From Ruditapes philippinarum (Eukaryota): a DNA stretch of 64,000 nt. The notes beneath the pieces were generated by a model that was not told the DNA's origin, made no database searches, and saw only the letters and a program-made list of their open reading frames with translations. The stretch spans positions 1-64,000 of the forward strand of contig NW_026859889.1 of NCBI RefSeq assembly GCF_026571515.1, in the 5' to 3' direction. Position numbers and translations under genes: made by a program. Each line of letters opens with the position of its first letter. Within the stretch, counting starts at the first letter, position 1. Shown one piece after another: positions 46,955 to 60,200 of this stretch.

Positions 46955-49601
46955 ATGGGTGTTTATGTGCTAATTTCTGTCGTAACAGTAGCTTGTTTCG
47001 TAATGGTCAAAGGTACGTGCATTTTATATTTTAAATTGTATTTAATTTTTGTTTATTTATTAACTTATTTTTAACCCTTAAACCTACCTTTGCCGCCGGT
47101 AAAGTCATACAAGGCTCCATACTGACGTTAGCTTAATTTTGATTTTTTTTATCTAACGCACTGTTCAAAATTCAAAAATAACGAATCAATTACACAAATC
47201 ATCATGAACCATTACGCAACGAAATAATGTACATAGAATGACCATCACCAGCATACGCTCGCCGGTTCATTTCATAATAATATAATAAATAATTTTTCAA
47301 GTTATACATGCACATTAATAATGTTGAGTTTACAAAAGAAAACTAAAGGTAAATAAATGTATTATTGTAATGTTTTACAACACATCGAGTTAACAAAATG
47401 ATAACAAAATTCATCTTACAGGTCACTTTCCGCCAAATTTTCTTGTATGTATTGCTCTTGTCCTTCGCCATATATTAAAAGAAAATATTGGAACATGCTT
47501 TTAAATATACATTGTAAATGTTCAAGCACTGCCTAACAAATTTTCGAGTTGATTTTATTGCGTAATCTTATTTGAGTTGATGCTAACCGCTAATTATTAA
47601 TAAAATTTGACAAACGAATATTTTGCATAATTTACTCCAAACATTCTAGTATTTACAGAATTATGTCCAAATGCACTGGCAACTATGGATGATTCTTTTT
47701 AGGTTATTTGTAAATGAATTACAAGTGTGTTTAAAAGTAATTCATTGCACGCTCTTGCAGGTTCCTTCGTAAATGGACGGTTTGTCAGCAATTATGCAGA
47801 TAATGGGTTTGACGACTCGGGGAGTTTTCTTGGAGGTATGGATTTTCTTTGGCTTTAAAAGTGCAAAAGTTGAAAGTAGATCTTAAGAAGGTATAACGTA
47901 ACTATTATAATAATCCGAAGTTTGACGGAAAGAGCCGGGAAGATGCGATTGCAATAAGTTGTGGAAAGGGAATCGGGGTGCTTTAATCGTATGCTTAATA
48001 CTTAGTCCGGGCGTCAAACTTTACATTACTTCTAATGTAATGCCTCTTCAGACTCAGTGGTTATTTATCAACAAGAAGGAGAAGAACGTTTATTTATCAC
48101 CTATACTGTTTATGCAGACAGTCAACTCAATAACAAATATGCAAGACTTAGTGTGCAAACTGTAAGTTAATTAAGAATTAAATAATTGCTATGCAACTTA
48201 TGTTGAACTTTTATTCTATTACAGGCGGTAGCGGAGGAATTGGAGGAGGAATTGGGGGTGGACTCTCTGGTGGTATGATAGGAGGTGGAATGAGCCATAA
48301 ATTCAGCGGAGGCTCTGGTATCGGTGGTGGTATCGGTGGAGGTATCGGTAGTGGTATCGGTAGCGGTATCGGTGGAGGTATTGGTGGAGGTATCGGTAGC
48401 GGTATCGGCGGAGGTATTGGTGGAATTCAACAAGGACTTGGAGGCGGTTTTGGTGGAATGCAAAAGGGATTTGGCGGTGGTATAGGCGGTATTGGCGGGA
48501 TCCAGCAAGGAATTGGTGGTGGATTAGGCGGTGTTGGTGGACTACAGCAAGGAATTGGCGGTGGATTCGGCGGAATGCATAAAGGATTTAGCGGTGGCAT
48601 TGGTGGAATGCAGCAAGGATTCGGTGGTATTGGAGGGCTTCAGCAAGGAATTGGCGGTGGCATCGGAGGAATGCATAAAGGATTTGGTGGCGGTATGGGT
48701 AGAATTGGTGGAATCCAACAAGGCTTTGGTGGTATTGGTGGGCTTCAGCAAGGAATTGGTGGTGGTTTGGGTGGAGGATTAGGTGGAATGCATAAAGGAT
48801 TCGGTGGTGGAATTGGTGGTATCGGTGGAATGCAGCAAGGATTATCTGGTAAGCTTACGCTGTGGTTTGTCTAGGTCTTAAGTTTTTTATTGGAAGTCTG
48901 CCAGTTCTTTCTACCCTCGGGAAAACTTATTTACAATTATTTACATGTCATATTCAAAACAACTTCAAGTTTAAAAAATTGAGGTTTTACGTAATCATTT
49001 GAAAATATTATTTTTATTTCAAATATTTATCTTTATATACAACTAATTTTCGAAATTGATTATATTTCTGCAAATAGGTGGCTTTATTGGCGGTCGACAC
49101 GGACAATTTGGCGGCGGACAAATGTCAGCAGGGCTCGGAGGATTTTCAATGGGAACTAGCAGTTTGGGCGGTATGGGTGGGATCATGGATGGCGGAAGAA
49201 GGTCATGGAGTAAGTAATAATGCTTTATCCTGTTTTGTTTTTTCTTGTTTTTTTTTTTCACTCCCCCCAAAGTTATCTCCCTTCTATCATTTGCAAATGG
49301 GGTAACTTAACTAGAAGGGAAGTAAACGTTGTATGCAGATATGATTTATTCCAGACTCTAACAAAGTTGACATGTAACCGGGGAATGACTTCAATTAATA
49401 CGGTATGATATTAAAACATAAACATGGAGTTGATAAAAATATACGGAATAAAGGTCAATATATTGTATATAAATCCTAATATTGTTCATTGTATATAAAA
49501 GTGTGCATTTGATTGTGAACAATTTTGTTATCTAGAACATGTAAACAACTTGCTTTGTTGGTTAAAATATTGTGTCACTTCTCTTTTCAGAAATGTACTG
49601 A
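46955..49601 (+). CDS. Secreted glycine-rich structural protein (abductin/shematrin-like composition), ~299 aa
   Basis: Exons 46955-47012 (signal peptide MGVYVLISVVTVACFVMVKG), 47761-47835, 48225-48848, 49078-49209, 49591-49601. All introns are phase 1 GT-AG (900 nt). Repeats GGIG, xQQG and M(H/Q)KGF. C-terminus GGRRSWKMY*, or RRSWSK* at 49217 if the last intron is retained. Confidence 0.85.
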
Positions 49602-51227
49602 GACTGAGAATAGAAAATTTGACTGCGAGCGATTCGCATTTTTGATTTTTGGTTCTGCGTGAAGTCACGTGACATTTGCAGACGGTTTTATGACGAAAGC
49701 GGCAGACGACATTTTTAAATGATAACAACATCGTGTATTGAATTGTTTTATGTTTATATACTTATTACTGTAAAAATGACAACACTTTATGTTATCATTC
49801 TGCTACATATTTGAATAAAGATAAATGCATTATATGTTTTACGTTTTTCGTTGTTTTTTTCCCTCATTCTTACCGTTGACACAGAGGCAAAAAGAAGCAA
49901 ATCTTTACGCCGAAAGAAATAATTCCGCATTCGAGATCTTAAATAACAAATGCTAGTCAATTTATTATCTTGTTTGACGCTGTTATATATAGATATGCCA
50001 CGTTTGTTTAAAGGCACATTATTCCTCAGAAATGAATATATTTTTCATTGTGTAGATAAAGTGAGTTGTTCATAATTGGTTAAAAGATGAGAGATAATCA
50101 TCAATCGAGCGCTGAATGTGGAATTCTTTGTCAGAAATGTAACATTGAATGTAAACAAAGTGGAGTTTTGACTTTCATACAAAGTACTAAATCAAAACAA
50201 CTGTACTAATTACTTCATTTAAGTTACATTGTCTATCATGCAATCCCAACTGCAAAGTGAAACATCCTAGTAGTCCTTTGCATAGCTTAAATTTTCAACA
50301 AAAATTGCATGAAATAGAACATGATAACATACCAGGATACGTTCAAACACAAGGTATTGCATGGTAATGCATGAATGCAATATTTTAAATTTCACAAAAC
50401 TGTAACCCTAGGGGGGTCGTAGTCGCCAGTATTTATCAGGATCGATGGTTTGGGCCTATTCATCTAACAGAAGATAACCGACATCACTGTACCCCATCTT
50501 GCAAGCCTATACCATTCAATGTGCATCCTGTCTTGCGATTACAAGCACGTGTTACGTAGTTTAATACCACAAATTTCAAATTTTAAGAAAAAATACTGGT
50601 GGAAGAACTCCATTATACAGATGCAGCATTCTATAGGCTGACCTTTCATAGGCAATTCATTGCTCAACCAGCATATTTATAGTAAAGTTTCAATTTTAAA
50701 GCCAACAGGAAATATGATAGACAGCTGTTGGTAAAATACTTTTCTTGAAGTAACTGGGATAATTTCAATGCCTTTCAGTACCAATGTGAGGAACAAGACT
50801 ATTAAAAGCAGCGGACAGGGGCTTACTTTCATACTACATGGTATCCTAAAGTGCAATGGGGCAATTAAGAGGCTATTATAATTATACTGATGTTATCAAC
50901 AAAATATGATTATACAGTGAAACCGAGAGAGCTGCTGTCTGTACACCTATAACCACCTTGCAAAAATAATATCAATTCTTCTTAAAGTAAGGTTTCACAA
51001 TTAACTCTATTTCTGGAGCATCACCTCTCAGTCACACCCAAAGTCTTTGTCTCTTCTAAAGTAATTTGCTCCTCAAAGGTTGTACCATATATTTGACATT
51101 ACAAAGTTTGTCTACTACCATCTTTTAATATAGCTTCCTTAAATAAAAATTAAAAATAAAATAAAAAGTTATGTATTTAAATAGTTTAATCGATTAACAA
51201 TACACCTATAATATAAAACAACATTAG

Positions 51228-54200
51228 TTATTTGGGTGGCCATTTCAATGACAGTTCTAAATGTTTAGATTCTGGTATCCATTCTTTCAATGCTGCCAAA
51301 AGATCTGAAACAAAAGACCAGAAAAGCTTATAAAATATGATATAATAATATGTATTCCAAAATATTACAGAACACATGTGAAGCCCTAAGAATAATTTGC
51401 AAATTAACTGTGTATTTCTCAGCTAGGTTCACACATTATGAGCATACAGTATAGCAAGGTACAAACTTATTTACAATCAAGGTAAAAAATTTACAGACAA
51501 TCTATAAACAAATAGCAGGTACAAACTTCATAAACAATCCATAAATATATAGCACATGGAACAAACTTTACAATCTATAAACAAATACCTGGTACCAACT
51601 TCATAAATAATCCATAAACAAAAGTATAGCACAAGTTTTACAGACAACCTATAAACAAATAGCAGGTGCCAAATGTATACACAATTTATGATATTTATCT
51701 ATTCCAACCAGACTCCAGTCACTTGGTTACTCAGTTTTACTATTTTTAAACTGGAAACCCTTAAACTTCTTATGGACTGGTCCAAATTTTTAAACAGGGC
51801 AACTCCATTTCACAAATTCAGGACAGTAAAGGTTACAGATAAAGTTACTCACAATCTGGTTGTTTCTTCCAAGTTTGAAGTAAAGTATCTTTAGAATCCA
51901 CTCTTTCTGAGATCAACAATTTTAATAATGTCTCTGTCCTCGGCTGAAGCCTGAAATACATATTATACACTTATTAGCCAACATATTATTTTTATATTAC
52001 TTTGTTTATTTGTCTTTAATGTTAATATATTGCTATATCTATATAAACTTAAATTTTCAAGCATTAAAAGACATATTACAAAACACAAAATTACATAGAC
52101 TTGTACTTTTATGCAAGAATAGTGCTAATGCACCTTTTTTTGAGCATCAATATATATGCTTTAAAAGCATCTCCTGTGGTTCTACAGATGTTAATGCATA
52201 AATAAAAGGTGAATAACCCAAAAAATCAACATGTCATTTTATTTGCCAAAAATGAATTTTCCATAAACACCTAACAAATATAAATCAAACAGCTTCTTAC
52301 CTTTCATTCATTTTCTTTTTTACAAATATATTTTTTTTATCAGTTTCATATATATCTATATAAAATCGTCACCTTAGTGCAATAATGGAATAAGTCCTTC
52401 TAAATTTAATTGGAGTTAATCAGATACTGCACAAAGGTGATGATAGGAAGAAATAATTCATACTTTGCCCATGTTTTAATCATTGTGGCAGGTGGGGACA
52501 ACAGGTCAGGAGTGAATTTTTTCAGTTCTGCTATAACTTCTCCCTCGAGCAGAAATCTTGCAAACCACTTCATTTTCTCTATACCCCTTGGATATTCCAG
52601 TTCCACTGGAGTAATCGGCCAGGCTCTGTTACCAAATGTTCCAGACATGTGGCACATGACCTGAAATATAAACATTGACCCTAAATCTAAACAAAATTCG
52701 TGAATTGTGCAAAAAGTTCCAACACTATTGTCATAAATCAATTAAAAGATTCTGTTTTAATTTAGCTTTAAATACCTTATTCCAAACCCATTCAATAATA
52801 GATTTTCAAAAAGTATCCTAAAGAATAAAACATATTCTGAGATAAACTTTGAAAGGTCAAAAAAAGACTTTAACATATCACCAGTTTGACCATAACACAT
52901 GACAAAGATGCATCTTTTATGCGTCTTTTTTTTTTTTTAAAAACAATTACTTGTATTCCTATTGTAATTGAGAAAACATAAAACAACTGTTACCAATGAT
53001 GCCAAAGTTATGATCAAGAAAACCCTCTGTCAAAAAAATAATTCCTCAGGTGTAACAATTAAATGATGTGAAAATAGTACTCACTTGACCTTTGACCTTA
53101 TCATATCTTGGTGGTGGTTCTTCCATTGGCTTAGAGAGGGTCACATGACTTTCAGCAAACAAGGGCAACCACTCTGGCTCAATTGAAGTGATACCTGAAA
53201 TATAAACATCATGTTTGAAATTGAATGTCTTTGCTATATTTAATTTATAAAGCAAATTCTAGTTTTTCAATGTCTATATTTCAATCTCATTTCTTGTTTG
53301 GTTTCACAGCCAGTTTCTTCGAGTATTTCTTTGGAAAAATCTCTACATCATATTTTTTAATGTTTGCTTTTATGACAGTCTTTCAATTTAAAAAAAAAAC
53401 AACATTTTCTTGCTGGTCCCTTCATTCTTATTCTTTATTTTTACCATATATAGCTTTACAGGTAATTACCAATTTCTGTATAAGTAACAGATTACTAGTT
53501 TCACATGACTTAAGAATCAGCGGCGAGAGACAAATGTTCATTAGGCTCAATGTGATAGAAAAATTCTGCCTGGCAAGGGGATCAAATCAGCTACCCCTGG
53601 GTTAATAATCTGATAATTTCACTATTGAGTTAAGCTGGCGGACCATGTTCCTATTAAACATTGCATAAAGCTTTCCAGATTTTGTATTTCATTCATATAA
53701 ACTCTCAAGATAACAAATCGCCTCTATGTTTGGACACTTAGGTCATAATTTGAACAGTTTTGTTAGAGGTTTAAAATATAAACTTTACCTTTCATATATA
53801 ATTTGGAAGTTTCTTCTATATGTTGATAAACAACAAATTCTGGTCTTTCTCGGTAAAGAACTGATGTTGGATGTATAAATACTGGCTCTTCTAAGTTTGG
53901 ACACTGCAAAACATAAATGGAACCGATAATAAAAACTATCACTACCCCTTGGTGGTTGTTTAAACTGTTTCATATTTACCAAACTCATTTTATTACTTAT
54001 ATTACAACCATAAATTAAATCCCTTTAGAAAATTTATATAGGATTTTAGGTTTAAAATTCAAACTGAGAAGCTCATATGCCATATTTCTTGTTTTACTTG
54101 TTTCCCCTACCTTGCACATTTAAAAGGCATAAGTGATTCAAAGTTCCATTTAACACTGAATAAGACGATTACCTGGTAAGCATTTTTAAGTTTTTTAGCA

Positions 54201-57200
54201 TCTGGATTTGTTGCAGGAAGTTCTGGCATCTTTCTGAAGTAAAAAAGGAAATTTGTAAGACGACTTTAAGTCACACCTACAAGTTTAAGAGTATCTGCCA
54301 ACTTTTGAGAGGTATAAGTGTAGTTTAAAGTAAACCAACATTTTTTAATTCTGTCAGGATATCTTTTTAATAAGCATAATGGGAAAGTTGTGAATTATCT
54401 TGCTACTGTCTATATTATCCGATAAAGCCTTGCCAGATAAACTTATCTATCTCCAGTCATTACATCACATGGTTAGCCTATGAGGACATCACATGGTTAA
54501 CAGCAAAACAAAACTACATATAGACGCTGTTTTATCCAAGATAAAGTAAGAATGAAACCAATTAAAAATCTAAAAACATAATTAAAGTAGACAAAAGTAG
54601 GATAAATCAAAAACTTGTTTGATGTCCGGATAGGAGAAGGATTATCCAATTCGCTTCGAAAGTGAATCTTGGTGCGCTAAAGATACACTTTCTCGCTCAC
54701 CGGATAAACCTTCTCAATACCAACATCAACCATGTGTTCTCTAATTCTCTTTGTCTCCACACACAGGATTAAATTGTTAATCATTCTTCAACAGAACAAC
54801 AGAGCCTGCACCTACCTTGCTACATGGTCACCCATCCCGGACAAGACAATCTGCCTCAATAGTTTAGCCTGGGTATCATTAGGAGGGGACATTTTGGGGT
54901 CCACACATACATTGGCATCAGGTATCACTGTATTCACTAAAATGTATATTTACACTCATATTACATAAATAAATAATTTTATTCTTTATTCATTTATATA
55001 TTTTATGTCTTTCCAACAGAAGACCCCTGTGCAGCTTAAAAGTGAACCTTAATACACACCAGTGATAATCTGTACATTCATTTTTTTCATTTATTTTTAT
55101 CTTTTAGTGGCTTATACATTGCACCAACACAGTATAGGTCATACATATGGTGGAGAAAGACCTTGGGCGCCCCTCTGTCTGCTCTGTGCATTACTTCAGG
55201 TTCAAATTGGCACCCTGAGTAGAACCATCAACATTCTGCAAGCTAGCTGGATAGCTTTCTCATATGAAAGAATCTGAAGACGCTTGCGCTCGAACTTACA
55301 GCGGTGAACGGCAAGTGGTTTTAAGTCAACAAGTAATCTTTACAGTCATGTAAGCTTAAAATCCTTTCATGGCATTGAAGGCCACCAGAAAAAAATGGCA
55401 CCTAGTGATGCAAAACTGCAACAAATTTGTTATAAAAATATATCTTTCCCATTAAAAAATTATAGAAATAAGATGTAAGTATTTCAAAATGATCAAAATG
55501 CTGGAGATTAAAATAGAAATATTCATACCAGAGTTGGTCAATTGAGTTCTCAGTTTCCTAACCTCCCTCATGGCTTTATACCTTATACCATGAGCCTCGC
55601 AGAACTTTGGTGACCCACCCTCGTACTCGCTGGACCCTACTGCTTTCAACATCACCATCAAATCTCCTAGTAAAAGCGAATGACCCTAAAAATGTAAAAT
55701 TGTATATTGCTGACAGATTTTTAACAGTCTTTTATATGACCAGGCAAGGTAAGCAATTGCTGAAATATTACTTTTTGGACAAAGCCAGAATGCAAAGTTT
55801 GTTAATAATCTGACCAATTGTAAACTTACATACTTTCAATAACAGTGACTTTTAATGTGTATATACATATGGATCCAGTTTAACCTAAATACTAATTTCT
55901 TTACTGTCAATTCTTAGAATTTTAATAAATATCTTACTTTGAAGACTAAAAAAGCAAGGCTGATAACTTGATTGGATAAAGCCATTATAAGAGATTTGAG
56001 ACAAAGTGATCTGTTTCTTTCAATGTGTCTACTATCAAGATATATCAATATAAGTAATACAATATACATACAGCTCCCGCCCATCTCCTCTTGATCTCAG
56101 TCTGGTGTATCAATCTTTGTCTAAACTCTTCTTCCTGTAAAATCAATAATAACAAACATCACCTTGCACCTGATATTCCAAAAGAAACATTTAACTTGTA
56201 GGGCAATGAATTTCAGGTCCCTTCTGTTTAACAGGTGCTGTTTGTTAAAACTAAGTACAATAGCAATTTAATTTAGATTTTTGTAATCAGGACATGAAAA
56301 CTAGGCAAGATGTAGTACAATACAAAGTTTGATATGGATAGTTTGGACTAGAAAAAATTAAATGGATCCAAAAATGATTTATATTTGGAAATCAAATGGT
56401 GCAAACGCTGGAATTTCATTGGTAACATTCTATAAGGTGTGAGACAAAATTATTACTCTAAAACAATGTGTGACTAGTATGTGAAATGTAGTGCAAGTTG
56501 TATACCTATGTATGCCTTATACTTTCATAAACCAATCATTAAACTTTCTGTAACTTAGAATGATTTCATTACGAAATTTGTTTAACAATAATATATACCA
56601 TAGGAATATGCGGCAGAATTTGGTAAATCTTTATCTTACCTGACCTTCATCTTGTGGATTACTATAAACTTCCATAAATAATTCCTGCACGGACAGTGCG
56701 GAGACAATCACCACTACATAAGGTAATAAATTCTGCTGGTGCCCCATGGCTAACATCTTAGAATATCGCGGTGAAACCGGGAAACAGGCCATAGCTCTAC
56801 CTACTGGTGTGATTGTTGTGACAGATTCTAGAATGTATAAACAGTTATTATAATAATTTTCACCCATTCTGTTTCAAATTCTCCCATTCTCCTGCTTTAT
56901 AAGGTATAAATCAACAATTATTGTAATAATTTTTACCCCTTCTGTATGATTTGGTTTGGTTTTTAGGCGCACCAATACAATTTAGGTGATATAGCACTGA
57001 AACAGGAAAGATGATTTGGACTAACCTCTGGTGTTATAAGCTTTAAGCAACAACAGGGGTCAAAACCACCTCACCTGCTGGAGTAAAGAGATGCAAAGAC
57101 TCCTGTTCAAAATCCTCCTGTTCCACTTTGTCTTCATAATTCATCAATTTCAAAAAAGACAGAATTTTGAACAATTTTCAACATGTTTAATCTAATTGTT

Positions 57201-60200
57201 TTGCATCAAACCTGTTCTACTATTGCTTTGGAACTATCCATTAAAGTTTTAGGGGTTTCAAGAAAAGCATACTTAGTCTGTAAGAGTGATCATCTATATT
57301 TTAACATTTTAAAACAGTAGTATTTTTCTTTAACAGATCTGAATAGTTTGACCACACTACAAAGATGTGTAAGCAAGACCATCACTACAATTTCAACAAC
57401 TAAATAGGTAAACTACAGTGACCACTGCCCTCTGTATCAAACAATCAAAAGAGAATATTCTTTAAAACTTTCAAACATATTTTATTAAAGATGCAAAAAA
57501 AAGATATTATCAACCCTGTCCCTCTTCAATTTATATAATGGACCTATCCTATTTTTTCAAACTGCCCAATAGTAGCTATAGGGATTTCAATATCAAATGT
57601 TTAACTCAGCAGTCAACAGTATATCATCTGTTCAAACTGGACAGATACACAGGCTGGCTTGGCTCTATACTGGTGACATAGGTCTGTTATTATCACTCAC
57701 ACTGCTAGAACACAATGAGTTAATGCCTACCTTTCTTTGACTCCCTGAATGATCTGGGTGCTGCAGGTATTGTTAGTGCTCCCAAACTAATTAGAAGATT
57801 CTCTGCTGCCTAAAATAAAGAATAAACAGTTAGGGTCATATGATAACTTCTCCCATATTGTTGTAGGAAAAGTACATGAAATATTTTCAAGTATACACTT
57901 GGTAGAAATTTTCACTGTCTATGATTGGTTGGTTAGGCTTAAAGCTATTTTGACCTTGTAAAGGTCATTGGCTGGCAACTTTTTAATACTGATGGTTGAA
58001 TACCGTTTATGTGCATAATTTCAGGCACCTGAGTAGAACCACCAACATTCCGTAAGCTAGCTGGACATCTTTCTCACAAAGAGATTTCAAAGTACCTAGC
58101 AGGACTAAAAACCTAAAGCAATGAGGAGCAAATGATTTCGGGTCTTAAGACCGTAACAGCTGTCAAAGATAATATAATATAGTAAATTTCTAGTTGTAAT
58201 GGTGGAGGCGTCTTCATTCATTATTTCAGGCACAAGCTTAAAACCTACAACCTGCATTAAGCTTTACTGTATCTGAATTATCTTCCTTGCATGAAATAAT
58301 ATAATGTAACTCAGTGCAAGTTAGTCAGTGTACTTACTAACTTAAATAGTTTGAATAATTCAGTACAAATAAGTTTATAACTGCTAAACTATATAGATCT
58401 ACCTGTAACTGCTCTTTGTCAGGTGGGGTGGGGTATGGGAAATTGATCACCTTCTCTATATTCATGTCCTGAAAATATTACCAAAAGCAGTTGATATGAT
58501 GCAATACTCAACAAATGATTATCATTTCAATGCTATTAAATATTCAATTTAGTAAAGAAATAAGAAAGTTAATACAAAAATGTTATTTTTGCAGTTTATA
58601 CAAATGTTACATAATATTTCATTCAGTAAAGGAATTATAAAGTGAGAGAAAATAAGATATTTTTGCAGTCAAATACAAAATTATAATGCAATAAATAAAA
58701 TGCAATGACATTAGCCAAGTATCAGGCAAATTCGAAACTTCAACATAAGATATAAATTACATTAGCATTTTCATAATACTTGGGTAATGTTGCATAATTA
58801 TGATGTTGGAAAATGCCATCACACTGTATAAACTGTTGATAATAGTAGTGGCACAGCCAGGTGGTTTACGCACCGGATAAGTAATCTAAGGATTGCTTTT
58901 AGCACGGGTTCAAACCCCTGTCAGGGGCAAGCTGTTGTTTTCTGAGCAAGAAACATTACACTTATTGCTCAGTACTGGTTGATTCCAGGGACGGATTTGT
59001 GAGTATGTCTGTAATCTTTAAGCTTCCTACTCGATCAAACTAAAAATAAATTCGTATACACCAAATTCTCGATATGAAAAAAAGAGAAATCAACAGAGTT
59101 GTGTTCAGAATGTGAAACAACGTTAAGCTCCTTTACCTTCATTTGTAGCACAAGGTCATCTACAGGTCTTCTAGTGATTTCAGCTGGAGAAAATTTCTCA
59201 AATTCGTCATTGAACACTGCTGATGAATATAACCTGAAAAGAAACACAGAAAAATAATATATTGCTGGGAGGCTAAGAGAGAATCCTGTAGTTTTTTATA
59301 CTAGAATAAGATAAGATAATCATTTCTTATAGTGACTTGTGTTTGTGTGTTTTGACAATAATCACAAAACAATATATATAATCATAATACAACCCAGCCC
59401 TACAGGACTATAAGTCAAACTGCTTAAATCTATGAATATAAAATTAATTCAAATCCAACATTTCTCTACATACTTTGTTCAAAATACTCTGTGTCCAAAT
59501 AGCAAATTATTTCAGTATGATCAAAACAATAAATATCCTCTATACTGTAATATCATTATTATTCGTGGGGCACAAATTTTTGTTGTTTTTGTTATTACTT
59601 GCATCAATTAACACTGTGCATTACACAAAACTTTAAGTTTAATTCAACATACCTATAGCAGTGGCCTGGCCCCACCCTGCCTGCTCTACCAGCTCTCTGA
59701 TTGGCTGATGCTTTAGATGTCCATGTGATCCTAAATGTTGACACCCCAGTTACCTTGTCATAAAACTTTGTCTTACTCTGAAAAGCACATACACTCCCAA
59801 GATAAAATTACAGTCAATTTTTTGACACCGCAATCTGATGTCACGCACATGCTTTAAAGGCAAATTATGCCTCAGAAACAAGTTTTCCATTTTTTAACAA
59901 AGGTCAGACATGGTGTAAGAGCATGTTACATACATAAGAAGTGCTGAATATATAATTATTTGTCATAAAAAGTAGCAAAATGTAAACAAAGTAGTATTTC
60001 GACTTCCATACAAAATACTAAATCAATATTACTTTACTTATTGCTAAAAAGCAACAAAAACATAAGATGGTTCAGATAATTTTCCGATTACTAACTTTAA
60101 GAAATCAGAACAGGACACCAAAAACAAAACAATATTGAGAAATAGAAATAAAAGCATTTCTGACACCTAACGGGCTTTTTTGTTTGTCATAGTTTTAACT

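Noticed and set aside
47422-47448. Possible micro-exon (GHFPPNFL) in the Gly-rich gene
   Set aside because: The better donor (47445) breaks the frame and the frame-preserving donor (GTATTG, 47449) is weak. The model works without it; RNA-seq is needed.
48167-48782. Antisense and alternative-frame ORFs over the Gly-rich exon (similarly 15038-15376, 27469-28365)
   Set aside because: They are shadows of repetitive or biased codon usage in the real CDS.
6087-49601. A biomineralisation gene cluster (IGFBP-like + FucT + Gly-rich protein)
   Set aside because: The genes are unrelated, far apart and interleaved with housekeeping and TF genes. Sequence alone shows no shared regulation.
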